DNA of 64,000 bases, from the IMG/VR virus record IMGVR_UViG_3300045988_173816, positions 220,027 through 284,026 of that record. One strand, written 5' to 3'. The position numbers and the translations under genes were made by a program. The DNA comes from a virus. Each line of letters begins with the position of its first letter. Positions within the stretch are counted from its first letter, which is position 1. Below are positions 1 to 9,216 of this stretch, piece after piece. The notes beneath the pieces were generated by a model. That model searched no databases, was not told the DNA's origin, and saw nothing but the letters and a program-made list of their open reading frames with translations.

Positions 1-1311
1 GTTTTCCACCAATTTAAACGTGACGTTACAGATGCTGAGATTGTAATTGTAATTGGTATGTCTGGGTCTGGTAAGTCGTTTGAAATGAAGATGTTAGCTA
101 CACAGTTTGCAGCTAATGATAATATGATTATGACTATCAATGACTATGAAGGTGGAGAATACAAAGGTCTAGGTCAATTGCTTGCTGAAGATTTCCAAGT
201 TGTTTCGTTGGATTTGGGAATGGGTTCAGGTCGTTACCTCGACCCAGTTCCGATTGTTCCAACTGGTGATGAAGAAATGGACAATACCTTGTTTACTCGT
301 TCTCGTAAGAATATTATTGACTTGTTCAGAGCAGTAGCTGGTTTGGAAACCTTGAAGAAGTACGCTTGGATTCCTTTAATTATTGAGCGTGGGGTTGACT
401 TGTTTTATAGTAACTATGGGGTATCGATTGACCCTCAAACGTGGCACGCGCTAGAGGGTTGCTCTATTTATACAGTATATGAGTATTTGAAAAAATATCG
501 TCCGAATTTAGATGATGTTTTAAACTCTATTACTGAGGAAGATAAAAATATTTTAAGTGAAGAAGATATTAAAGAGTTGTACAAAGACGCTTTAAAAGAC
601 TTTCAAAAAGACTATCTTTATTTCTTGGAAACCTTTGGTTCTTATTTTGAAAAAAGTAAGAAGTTGAACAACTACTTTAAATATCCGATTTACTTAAAGG
701 ATATTATTGATGCAAAATTAGTTATTTGTGACTATAACATGCGTGGGGTTCCAGAAAGTCAGTTGTCTGAATTGGATGCTATTCTTATTCCTATGAATGC
801 AGCAACTGTAGCTTATTACCGTACTGTGTATCCTTTCTCACGTGGTCTTTACAATGTGAAGATTTGGGAGGAGTTGCAACGTTTCAGCTCTCTTCCAAAT
901 GCAGTAGAGATTTTGAAAACTCCAATCACAGGGGGTCGTAAAGCAGGTGATATTAACATTGTTGCTTCCAATGATCCAGTTAAATTGGTTGAAAAAGATG
1001 AGTTCTCCTTGTTTGCTAACTACACATTAGCAATGGTTGGTAAGATTAAGTCCCCAGTTTATCAAGAGATTGTATGCAAGGCTCTCGGTATCACTGATTT
1101 AGCTGATGAATTAGCCGAGATTGGTTCTGTTATCGAAGAGGATGAGGGTTTGACTGCGGGTTATGATGAGGTTCATGCAGAACCTTATAAGAAAGCCTTT
1201 GTTTTGAAATTGAACTCTGGGGAATCTTCAGTTGTAAAAGCAGACTTACCTCGTGCTTTAAGTGATACTCCACTCTTCAAGACCGGTGTGATTGCGCAAG
1301 ACAAACAGTAA
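1..1311 (+). CDS. VirB4/TrsE-like (HerA-FtsK superfamily) P-loop ATPase, 5'-truncated by the window edge
   Basis: Frame 1 is open from nt 1 (VFHQFKRDVTDAEIVIVIG precedes the listed Met). Walker A GMSGSGKS, then NDYEGGEY (cf. DPxGEY of conjugative VirB4-type ATPases), a Walker-B-like VKIWEE and a GGRKAG motif. Confidence 0.55.
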   Translation, partial: VFHQFKRDVTDAEIVIVIGMSGSGKSFEMKMLATQFAANDNMIMTINDYEGGEYKGLGQLLAEDFQVVSLDLGMGSGRYLDPVPIVPTGDEEMDNTLFTRSRKNIIDLFRAVAGLETLKKYAWIPLIIERGVDLFYSNYGVSIDPQTWHALEGCSIYTVYEYLKKYRPNLDDVLNSITEEDKNILSEEDIKELYKDALKDFQKDYLYFLETFGSYFEKSKKLNNYFKYPIYLKDIIDAKLVICDYNMRGVPESQLSELDAILIPMNAATVAYYRTVYPFSRGLYNVKIWEELQRFSSLPNAVEILKTPITGGRKAGDINIVASNDPVKLVEKDEFSLFANYTLAMVGKIKSPVYQEIVCKALGITDLADELAEIGSVIEEDEGLTAGYDEVHAEPYKKAFVLKLNSGESSVVKADLPRALSDTPLFKTGVIAQDKQ

Positions 1312-1332
1312 GATAGTTTAGGTGATTTGAAC

Positions 1333-1506
1333 ATGATATTATTAAGTTTAGTGCTTTTTCTAGGAGGTATCCTTTGGGGAGTTTCAAACTCTATAACCTC
1401 TGAGAAGTTAAAAGAAGAGGTTAAGAAGAGTCGTTTCCTCGTAATTGGGGTAGGTGTGGTCTATGTTTTAGTAGTCCTTGCAACAACGTTAGAAGGGAAA
1501 CACTAA
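1333..1506 (+). CDS. small membrane protein (57 aa, two hydrophobic segments)
   Basis: Hand-translated ATG 1333 to TAA 1504-1506: MILLSLVLFLGGILWGVSNSITSEKLKEEVKKSRFLVIGVGVVYVLVVLATTLEGKH. The stop overlaps the ATG of the next gene (TAATG). Below the ORF-track size cutoff. Confidence 0.5.
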   Translation: MILLSLVLFLGGILWGVSNSITSEKLKEEVKKSRFLVIGVGVVYVLVVLATTLEGKH

Positions 1507-3995
1507 TGGATTGGCGAAATTCAAATGATGATTTAACGAGACAATCAGATGCTCGAAGGGAGCGAGAAAATCAACCTTTTGAAAATGGGATTAGAGATAG
1601 AGACTCAGGGGGTTTCGGCGGTATGCGCCAAGGTCCAGGTGGCGACCCTTTAGCTCGTATGAGAGGTGCGCAACCTGACCCTTTTGCAAATCGAGTAGGT
1701 GGAGGTTTACCTCCTAGACAACCGTTTGGACAACCTCAAGGGTATCCACAACAAAACCAACCCCCTCAACATTTGAGTCAACATGAAGATTGGATGGATA
1801 AAACTTTTAAAGTAGTTACAGGTTTGTGGAAACATTTAACTTCTTATGTGTGGCCTGTCTTGTCTGAGTCTGATGATATGTTCAGAAGTGACTACAAACT
1901 AAGAAAAGGGTTAACTGCTGCTCTCTTCTATTATGGTGCAGTAGGTGGGTTCTCTTTCTTGTTTGGTTTGTTTACGAAGTTTGCAACTGCACCAGTTATT
2001 TTCGTATCTCTTGTAGGCGGTGGAGCGAGTGGTGGTATTTTCTTGTATAAGAACTCTCAGAATAAGGAGTGGGGGTTGATTGATGACTCTCCAAAGGAAG
2101 AGACTTACCCTCAAGCACCTCAACCGTCAGAGTTTGGCGCTCCAAGGGGTTTTATGGATGATGGTTTTGGTTCTCCAAATTCTAATCCTATGGGTGATTT
2201 TGGACAACCTCCAAGAAGAGAAATTCCAAATGAATTTAGAAACTTTGGTTCAAGTGGTGGTTGGGATGATGAAGAGGAAGAACCTCCATTTCCCAAAAGA
2301 CAAGGTTTTGAACCTATGATGAAACCAAATCCTACTCCATTTGATGATTTGGAAGAAGATGATTTAGAAACTCCTTCCAAGGGTATCCCCTTAAAAGGCG
2401 CAAGCGCTAAGGATATTTGGGGGAGCATAGACGATTCTGAAGATGATTTAGAAGATGAAACAGAAGAGACAGAGGGTAATTCAAATAGTTCCAGAGAAGA
2501 ATTAGAGAATCCTAAAGTTGAAGAAGTTTCCGAAAGTGCATTTAGTGCAGATTTAGCAGGTGGTATCGTTGAACCAGAGTTAGTTTCCCGTAGACTTCTT
2601 GTAGATAAGTATTTATCTCTTTTAGACGGTTCTAGCTTAAAACCTGATTGGTCTCGTGAGGTTCCAGAAGATAGTGTAGAGTTTAAACAATTAGAAACAT
2701 TCCTTCGAGACGCCCAAACAGGTGGAGTTAAAGGTTTGTCTGAGATGGATTGGGTTAATGTGAAGTCTATTACAGAGCGAGTGTCTGTATTTGAGATTAT
2801 TACTGATCGTCCAGAGAAATTAAAAGGTAAAGAAACTCTCTTTGCAAAAGAGATTACAGAGTTGCTGAAAGACCAAATGAAGGGTTATTTTGGAGATAAT
2901 GTAACCACTACTGCAGTTGGTAAAGGTAGTCGTATTGCAATTACTATCTTTAAGCAAACAGGTACTTCCTTTATGTTGAGAGATTTGATTGAGTCGAGTA
3001 AAGATTTCTTCTTAGACACGAAAAATGAACTTCCAGTTGTATTCGGAGCTGATGAATATGGAGAACCGATTCTTCTTGATTTAGCAAAACACACAGGTAC
3101 AATTATTGCAGGGATGGCTCGAACAGGGAAGTCTGTTCTTGCTACGGGTATCGTTAATCAAATGATGGCTTTAAACTCTCCTCGTAAGGTTCAAGTCGTA
3201 GCTGGTGATATGAAAAACAAAGACTCTGACTGGTATCAGATTACCTTACCTCACTTGCGTAAGTTTGCAACAGGTACAAAAGCGATTATGGACTTGCTTG
3301 ATTGGGTTGTATCTGAGGAAGCCCCAAGAAGAAAGAGATTGATTGGTGACCAGTTGAAAATTCAAAACTACAATGCGAATTGTTCGGATGAGTCTGAGCA
3401 GTTGCCTTACTTATTTGTAGTGTTGGATGAAATTATTTCTTTTGCTGAGAAGTTAGACAAAGATGAAAAAGCAGTGTATAAAGCTTATTTGAGTGAAATT
3501 TTAACTGCTTTCCCTAATGTCGGTATCTTCTTAATTTTCGTACCTCATCAACTACACAATGATTACTTCCCTAAAACGGCTTCTCGTATGGTGGGGAATA
3601 GATTTGCAGTTAAGGCAGGTCAACCAATTCAGAAAACGATTTGGGAAGACTCTTATCGTCAAATTGACTTCCCAACCACCAACACAGGTGACTTTGCTTA
3701 CACTCTCGCTGGGTCTGATGAGCCTAAGTTCGGTCACGCTCCTTTGATTATGAGCATGAGTGGTGGTAAAGAGCGTTTAGATAAGTTGTATGAAACTCAG
3801 CGTAAAATGTGGACGAAGTTATACCCAGAAGAAGCAGCTACATCTGCTTATGTCACTCGTTTGAAAAATGAGCAGGCAAGTGCAACGTTAGGTAAGCTCG
3901 GTATTCCAGTTTCGGACACGGATTTCGCAGAAGAAGACTCTTTACGTTTTCCTAAGTCTAATACAAGTAATGTAGACTTTATTCGAGACATTTAA
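1506..3995 (+). CDS. FtsK/SpoIIIE-family DNA translocase-like ATPase with disordered P/Q/G-rich N-terminus, TM segments and acidic linker
   Basis: Walker A IIAGMARTGKSV (nt ~3111-3134), then DMKNK...LPHL, LDWVVSEE..RRK, QNYN and Walker B LPYLFVVLDEI, colinear with the FtsK motor domain. Hydrophobic stretch AALFYYGAVGGFSFLFGLF...VIFVSLVGGG. No recognisable gamma winged-helix at the C-terminus. Confidence 0.8.
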   Translation: MDWRNSNDDLTRQSDARRERENQPFENGIRDRDSGGFGGMRQGPGGDPLARMRGAQPDPFANRVGGGLPPRQPFGQPQGYPQQNQPPQHLSQHEDWMDKTFKVVTGLWKHLTSYVWPVLSESDDMFRSDYKLRKGLTAALFYYGAVGGFSFLFGLFTKFATAPVIFVSLVGGGASGGIFLYKNSQNKEWGLIDDSPKEETYPQAPQPSEFGAPRGFMDDGFGSPNSNPMGDFGQPPRREIPNEFRNFGSSGGWDDEEEEPPFPKRQGFEPMMKPNPTPFDDLEEDDLETPSKGIPLKGASAKDIWGSIDDSEDDLEDETEETEGNSNSSREELENPKVEEVSESAFSADLAGGIVEPELVSRRLLVDKYLSLLDGSSLKPDWSREVPEDSVEFKQLETFLRDAQTGGVKGLSEMDWVNVKSITERVSVFEIITDRPEKLKGKETLFAKEITELLKDQMKGYFGDNVTTTAVGKGSRIAITIFKQTGTSFMLRDLIESSKDFFLDTKNELPVVFGADEYGEPILLDLAKHTGTIIAGMARTGKSVLATGIVNQMMALNSPRKVQVVAGDMKNKDSDWYQITLPHLRKFATGTKAIMDLLDWVVSEEAPRRKRLIGDQLKIQNYNANCSDESEQLPYLFVVLDEIISFAEKLDKDEKAVYKAYLSEILTAFPNVGIFLIFVPHQLHNDYFPKTASRMVGNRFAVKAGQPIQKTIWEDSYRQIDFPTTNTGDFAYTLAGSDEPKFGHAPLIMSMSGGKERLDKLYETQRKMWTKLYPEEAATSAYVTRLKNEQASATLGKLGIPVSDTDFAEEDSLRFPKSNTSNVDFIRDI

Positions 3996-4019
3996 AGGCG
4001 CACAGCAGAAAGATAGGAG

Positions 4020-5063
4020 TTGTACAAGAACATGGAAATTACATATCCAATTAGTAGTTCTAGGTTTCTGCTTGCAATGCAAGTATACGCTAGAAAAATG
4101 GCTTCTTATGAAACTTATGAAGAGGTTAAAAAGAGGGAGTTTGAAAGAATTTCTCTCTTCCGTCCTCTCCCTACAATTTCAAGAGAAAGCATTAAGACAG
4201 AGGTTGTAGAAGAGAGTCCTCGGTATCTTCTCGATACTGAAGGTTCTGAAAATGAGACAGTTGATTTAGATTCTCTGTTTGAAGGTTTTGAAGATATTCA
4301 AGATTCAGATTGGTTAACTTCTATGAAGAGTAAAGAGGAAGTTGAGGTTAGAGATGAGGAAGAAGAGCAAGACCCATTACAAGGAGTTTCTTTTGCAAGT
4401 TTAGGTTTGAGTAGTAGTTCGTCTGATGATGAGCAAGAGTTGGAGCTACAAGAGTTTGAGGTAGACCCTTCAGAGGATGAAGATGAATTTTCCGACCCTT
4501 TTTCAAACTCTCCAAAATCGTCTCTAACCAATCTTGGTTTAGACGTGGATAAACTATCGACCTCAGAAGAAAAATCAAATCTGAGCCAATCTGAAACTTC
4601 TGAGAGTGATTTTGAGAACGAACCAACTAGGGTAGAGTTCAAAGAAGAGATTTTCCGTTCGGACTATGTGGGTAAGAGAGAGCCTTGGACTTATGTTGCA
4701 AAAGAAAAAGAGGTTGTAAAATCTCCACAAACCCAACCAAGGGTATCCGCACCAGAGGTTGCACCTCGTCAAGTTCAAGAGCCTAAACCAACTCCAATAC
4801 CTCAAGTTGTTTCTGCTCCTCAACCAAAACCAGTTGTTCGACCTAAACAGGTTGCGGAAAGACCTCAAATTCAACCTCAACCGCAAGTACAAGATAAAAC
4901 AGTTCGCATGGTAAATGAGGATTTCGTGTCTTACTGTCGTAGAAACTTGAGAGTTTCAGAGAAAGTTGCTTTAGGTTATTTCTCTCCTAGTGAGATAGAG
5001 TCTGCAGTAAGACAAGGTAAGGTTTTGCGTAAAGGTGGTCTTTTAATCTTTGCTCATTCTTGA
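4020..5063 (+). CDS. hypothetical protein, highly acidic centre and P/Q-rich region
   Basis: Long ORF in the operon frame; alternative ATG start at 4032. D/E/S-rich low-complexity core, then PQ-rich repeats (PKPTPIPQVVSAPQPKPVVRPKQ). No family recognised. Confidence 0.55.
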   Translation: MYKNMEITYPISSSRFLLAMQVYARKMASYETYEEVKKREFERISLFRPLPTISRESIKTEVVEESPRYLLDTEGSENETVDLDSLFEGFEDIQDSDWLTSMKSKEEVEVRDEEEEQDPLQGVSFASLGLSSSSSDDEQELELQEFEVDPSEDEDEFSDPFSNSPKSSLTNLGLDVDKLSTSEEKSNLSQSETSESDFENEPTRVEFKEEIFRSDYVGKREPWTYVAKEKEVVKSPQTQPRVSAPEVAPRQVQEPKPTPIPQVVSAPQPKPVVRPKQVAERPQIQPQPQVQDKTVRMVNEDFVSYCRRNLRVSEKVALGYFSPSEIESAVRQGKVLRKGGLLIFAHS

Positions 5064-5081
5064 TTTAGAAAGGTTTCGGTT

Positions 5082-5357
5082 GTGAAATTAGTTGAAAACA
5101 TTCGCTTTGTGAAAGTCAATGCAGAGGGTATCCCAAACGGCATCTGCGGAATTTGTTCTGCTTTGGTAGGTGGTTGGCTTGTGGTTCACGGAATTAAAGT
5201 GAAGCGCCAAGGGTCTCAATACAGAGTTTTATTCCCAGAGCGTAAATTATATGCAGAGGTTTATAAACCAGTAGTAACTGCTTTAAATCCAGAGTTTAAG
5301 AAAGAAGTAGATGCTCTTATTTTAAGTGAGTTTTACAAAGCATTAGAAAATCAATAA
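5082..5357 (+). CDS. SpoVG-like nucleic-acid-binding protein
   Basis: 91 aa. MKLVENIRFVKVNAEGIPNGICGICSALVGGWLVVHGIKV parallels the SpoVG pattern (V.DVR..KVN..G..KA.ASI...D.FVVHDIRV) from memory. Confidence 0.5.
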   Translation: MKLVENIRFVKVNAEGIPNGICGICSALVGGWLVVHGIKVKRQGSQYRVLFPERKLYAEVYKPVVTALNPEFKKEVDALILSEFYKALENQ

Positions 5358-5373
5358 AGTTAAGGGAAATCCC

Positions 5374-5402
5374 TTGACTTTTTTCGTTTAGTTTGATAAA
5401 AT
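5374..5402 (+). promoter_or_regulatory. SigA-type promoter (TTGACT-17-TAAAAT)
   Basis: -35 at 5374-5379, 17-nt spacer, -10 at 5397-5402, upstream of the SNF2 gene. Overlaps a small AAGGGAAATCCCTT hairpin after the SpoVG-like gene. Confidence 0.5.
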
Positions 5403-5435
5403 TAGGTATAAAAACAACAAGAAAGGCGAAAATTT

Positions 5436-7163
5436 GTGGCAGTAACAGAAGTTTCTTTGTACAAAGGTGGTTTTATTGATAAGTCTGCACCAATACAACG
5501 TTATAGGTTATTGGATAGTATTATTCAGAAAGCAAATGAGGATAAAGACCAAGTTGGTTTTCCAGAGTTAGCAGATAGTTTACTAGACTTAACTCCAGAG
5601 CAAATAGACCAAGTAATTGCTACAAAAAGTTCGTTAAAAGAGGGAGTAGCAAAAGGTTCACTTCGGTGGTATCAGACTTATGGAGTTCATTTTATTTTAG
5701 CAGCTCGTTCTGCTTTAATTATGGATAGTGTGGGATTAGGAAAAACTGCTACAGTAGCTTCGGTTATTAACCATGTAGGAGCTTTAAAACAGAGAACTAA
5801 AGGTAAACCTTTGCGTTATTTGTTTTTAACTGAGGTTGGTTTGGTCGCACAAGCTCGTAGAGAGCTAATTCGTTTTACAGGAGATTATGTAGCTACAACT
5901 ACGGGGGATTCAAACCAAGTAAGTGCTTTTATCAAAGAGCAAAAAGAGTTAGGGTATCCTAGTGGTGTAGTTGCTTCGTATTCAGCAGTGTCTTCAAGTC
6001 ATGAGTTTATGTTGTGGCTTGCGCACACTGTGAAGTTGCATGGTAAATTTGATTATTTCTTTATTGATGAGGGTTCGGTGTTAGGTTCTACTAAGTCTGA
6101 TATTTATAAAGCTTGTAAAACTGTACGGACAAAGTTTGCAAACCATGTGGTTGTAATGAACGCTACTCCTTTTGAGAAGTCTATTGAGGGAATGTACAAT
6201 CAGTTGAACTTTTTATTTCCAGATGTGATGCCTTTAAAGACTAAGTTTGAAGAGTTGTTTGTGAAGAAGTCATTTCAAACTCATCAAATTTTAGGCTATA
6301 AAGACCCAGAGTTGTTTAAGGTTTGTACTCGATTTATGGCTTTTGGAACGGCTCGTCAAGAGCTAGGGGTATCCGTTAAAAACTCGACTTGTGAATTGGT
6401 CTTATACAAGCCTTCACATTACCAAAACCAACTGTTTAGTAAGACTAGATACAAGCGTTATGTTTGGGACGAACCGACTTGGTTCGATCCAGATTTGGAG
6501 GTAACTCCAGAGGTTTTACCTAAGTTACAAGTGATAGAGGACTTATTTCAGTATAGGATAGGTCAAGATAAAGCTTTGATTTACGTTCACTCGGTAGAAG
6601 CTCAGAACATTTTAGTTCGGTTCTTAGAGGGGTTGGGTATAAAAGCTCTTACTATTAACGGTGAAGATAATACCCCTAAGAAGAAGGAAGCGAAGTTAAA
6701 AGAGTTCCATGAAGGTGATTATAGAGTGATTGTAACTAACTTGAAGAAGGGTTTGAATTTAGGTTTTATCAACCATTTAGTTTTTTATTCTTTCACAGGA
6801 AACTCAGGAATTACGAATCAGATTGAAGGTCGTATTGTTCGTAGTCAAGATATTCATGATAAGCATATTTACTTAGTTTTAGCTAGAAGAGAAGAGTATA
6901 AAGTTTTAGAAGATGCTTGTGTGAGTACAAAAGATAGATTAGCTCATACAAAACATGAGGTCAGTTTGTTGAACAACTTCTTTTTAAATCCAGACTTAGT
7001 AAACATAGTGGTAGAAGTTACCAAGCAAGAGATTTCGGAAGGTGCAAATTCTTCCATTGTAGCGGTATCTTATTCGAACCAAGATATGAATGGGGTTATA
7101 TCCTACCCTAAGTGGTCGGATGATTTAGAACAAACGAAAGCAGGTTTAACTTTACATGGCTAA
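5436..7163 (+). CDS. SNF2-family helicase/translocase
   Basis: LRWYQ...DSVGLGKTAT (motif I), FFIDEGS (motif II) and a C-terminal helicase domain (LIYVHS..ALTINGED....RVIVTNLKKGLNLG). Confidence 0.8.
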   Translation: MAVTEVSLYKGGFIDKSAPIQRYRLLDSIIQKANEDKDQVGFPELADSLLDLTPEQIDQVIATKSSLKEGVAKGSLRWYQTYGVHFILAARSALIMDSVGLGKTATVASVINHVGALKQRTKGKPLRYLFLTEVGLVAQARRELIRFTGDYVATTTGDSNQVSAFIKEQKELGYPSGVVASYSAVSSSHEFMLWLAHTVKLHGKFDYFFIDEGSVLGSTKSDIYKACKTVRTKFANHVVVMNATPFEKSIEGMYNQLNFLFPDVMPLKTKFEELFVKKSFQTHQILGYKDPELFKVCTRFMAFGTARQELGVSVKNSTCELVLYKPSHYQNQLFSKTRYKRYVWDEPTWFDPDLEVTPEVLPKLQVIEDLFQYRIGQDKALIYVHSVEAQNILVRFLEGLGIKALTINGEDNTPKKKEAKLKEFHEGDYRVIVTNLKKGLNLGFINHLVFYSFTGNSGITNQIEGRIVRSQDIHDKHIYLVLARREEYKVLEDACVSTKDRLAHTKHEVSLLNNFFLNPDLVNIVVEVTKQEISEGANSSIVAVSYSNQDMNGVISYPKWSDDLEQTKAGLTLHG

Positions 7164-7169
7164 GAAGAG

Positions 7170-8830
7170 CGCGGTTAGGATTTTTAGTAGGTACTCTATT
7201 AGGCTAGTGGAGGGTGTTTTGGGTTAGATTTTAATTGGTTTGAGGTTGTTTATGTTATACTAGATTTAGAAAGAGGTGAGAGAAATAGGCAAAAATGTTA
7301 AAAAGAATTTTACTGTTGTTAAATACATTGTCAAAAATACTGATATGAATGCATATTTCATGAGGTTGGCAATTTTAAGTACTAATTTAACAAATACACT
7401 TCTTTATTATCATAGACAGTGGTATTTTTATACTCAAAATGTATATTATACAGAACATCCAAATGAAAGTTTTAGACCTTACCGGTATAATGAAGAAGTT
7501 ATTGATGAATTGAAACGTTATATGTATGAGTATAATCAGAATAAGATTTTGTATGGGAAGAGACCTACTGATTTTATCACTTTTGGGTTAGATGCTTACT
7601 TCTTACATTTTTATTTTAAGAAAATTTGTCAATCCGATTATACAAATGATGACTTACCAGCTCAAGTGGCTCAACAAGTTACTCAAAAGGTTTCACAATC
7701 CTTTAAATCTTTTAAACAAGCTCGAAAAGGCTTTTTTAAAAATCCAGATAAGTATGATACTTGTCCGCAATTACCTAGATATAATAAAGGTAGTAAAATT
7801 TCTCCTTTATATTTTACAAATCAAGCTACTAAAATTAAAAACGGTGTTTTAAAATTCCCTAAGACCAAATTGACACTTCCCTTCACATATAAACCAAAAG
7901 GTAAATATACAAGGATGGAAGTCATTCATAGCTATGGGCAATTTGAATTACGTTTGGTTTTCGAAGAGACCGAAAACCTTAAATTTAGAGAAACAGATGT
8001 AGTGGCAGCTATTGATCCGGGCATAAGTAATCTTATAGCTATTACGACTAATAAAGGTCAGTCCTTATTAGTCAAGGATAAGACTGTAAAATACATCAAT
8101 CAATATGCAAATAAAGAAATTGCTAGAATAAAGTCAGCTCAAATGACAACTGGTGGTTGTGATAAAGTTCAAATGTCGAAACAATTATCAAAAATCTATC
8201 AAAAAAGACAAAGACGAATTGAACATTTGTTTTATGTGCTTGCTAAACATGTGTTAGCCTTTTGCTTAGAAAATAATGTTTCAAAATTAGCTCTTGGTAA
8301 AAATAAAGGGTGGAAACACACTTATAACAAAGGTAAAACTAATAATCAAAACTTTATTCAAATTCCTTATACTAGTCTCTATCGAAAAATACAAGATTTG
8401 TTAACTAAGAACGGAATTGAAGTAATAGAACAAGAAGAATCGTATACATCAAAAGCTTCTGCGATAGATTTAGATGAACTTCCAGTATTTGGAGAAGGAG
8501 ACCTTAATGTTAGTTTTACAGGTATACGGTTTGGAACGCATAGTCGATTGTATAAAACCGGAAAGGGAAATACCATAAACGCTGATATGAATGGTGCTTT
8601 AAATATTTTAAGGAAAGCTTTCCCAGATGTTGAAATTGAACTAAACGATTTACAATATTTAAAGAATCCGAAAGTTTTAAGAAACATGCAAGCCTAATCA
8701 GTAATAACTGTATAGGTGATGGGCGCATTTATGGGTATGCGCGGAGCATCTTTGTAGAGGTTCCGAAAGTACATTTATATAAACTGAATGTACTAATTCA
8801 TTGGTCGAACAACTGGAGAAAGGCTCACGG
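7170..8830 (+). mobile_element. tnpB-only IS200/IS605-type element (boundaries approximate)
   Basis: Contains a single TnpB ORF with no tnpA. About 110 nt of stop-rich non-coding DNA upstream and about 130 nt of non-coding DNA downstream before native-looking coding sequence resumes (~8830-8841). No GGTATC copy inside, unlike the flanks. Confidence 0.55.
7276..8697 (+). CDS. tnpB: TnpB-like RNA-guided nuclease (RuvC-like, zinc-finger-less subtype)
   Basis: RuvC I AAIDPGISNLIAITT, RuvC II EQEESYTSKAS, RuvC III INADMNGALNILRKA. No CxxC pairs between RuvC II and III (SAIDLDELPVFGEG...). GTG start; alternative ATG at 7343. Confidence 0.8.
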   Translation: MREIGKNVKKNFTVVKYIVKNTDMNAYFMRLAILSTNLTNTLLYYHRQWYFYTQNVYYTEHPNESFRPYRYNEEVIDELKRYMYEYNQNKILYGKRPTDFITFGLDAYFLHFYFKKICQSDYTNDDLPAQVAQQVTQKVSQSFKSFKQARKGFFKNPDKYDTCPQLPRYNKGSKISPLYFTNQATKIKNGVLKFPKTKLTLPFTYKPKGKYTRMEVIHSYGQFELRLVFEETENLKFRETDVVAAIDPGISNLIAITTNKGQSLLVKDKTVKYINQYANKEIARIKSAQMTTGGCDKVQMSKQLSKIYQKRQRRIEHLFYVLAKHVLAFCLENNVSKLALGKNKGWKHTYNKGKTNNQNFIQIPYTSLYRKIQDLLTKNGIEVIEQEESYTSKASAIDLDELPVFGEGDLNVSFTGIRFGTHSRLYKTGKGNTINADMNGALNILRKAFPDVEIELNDLQYLKNPKVLRNMQA

Positions 8831-8968
8831 GTATCCACTCTTGCGAAAGAAAACTAAAAAGCTTGCGGTTTATGTGAAACCTGAGTTACAGTCCGTTGAA
8901 CGCACTAAACGACTTCGTTCAGCAAAAGCAGAAGTAGATGAGATTTTAGAACGTCGAGGTTACTTCAA

Positions 8969-9178
8969 ATGAGGTTAGGTGACTTTTTAAGCCTTTCAGA
9001 TTTGCCTTTAGATAGTGAGTCTAAGGTTGAATTTTATGAGATGAAGAACTTTAAAGAAGACATTTTAGCTAATAAATTCTCAAACTTGTATATGATGGGT
9101 GACGGGGTTGGAGATAAAACTCACGCACCTTACGGTTTGTTGATTAACAGTTCTAACTTGATTGTTTTCTTTGAATAA
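8969..9178 (+). CDS. hypothetical protein
   Basis: ORF-track ORF, co-oriented. Its ATG overlaps the stop of a short upstream reading frame (ATGA). Confidence 0.4.
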   Translation: MRLGDFLSLSDLPLDSESKVEFYEMKNFKEDILANKFSNLYMMGDGVGDKTHAPYGLLINSSNLIVFFE

Positions 9179-9216
9179 ACAGTAGGAAAAGAAGAAGTAA
9201 ATAAGGAGATTGTGCT

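Noticed and set aside
1911-4892. Multiple short ORFs on both strands nested in the FtsK-like and acidic-protein genes (e.g. 2080-2319 +, 2120-2428 -, 4298-4642 -, 4575-4892 -)
   Set aside because: They are fully embedded in long, motif-supported or low-complexity ORFs. This is typical of shadow ORFs in repetitive G/P/E/S-coding sequence.
7240-7262. Promoter for the tnpB-only element (TGTTATACT extended -10 near 7249-7257)
   Set aside because: Only a -10-like element with no convincing -35 at 17 bp. Too weak to list as a feature.
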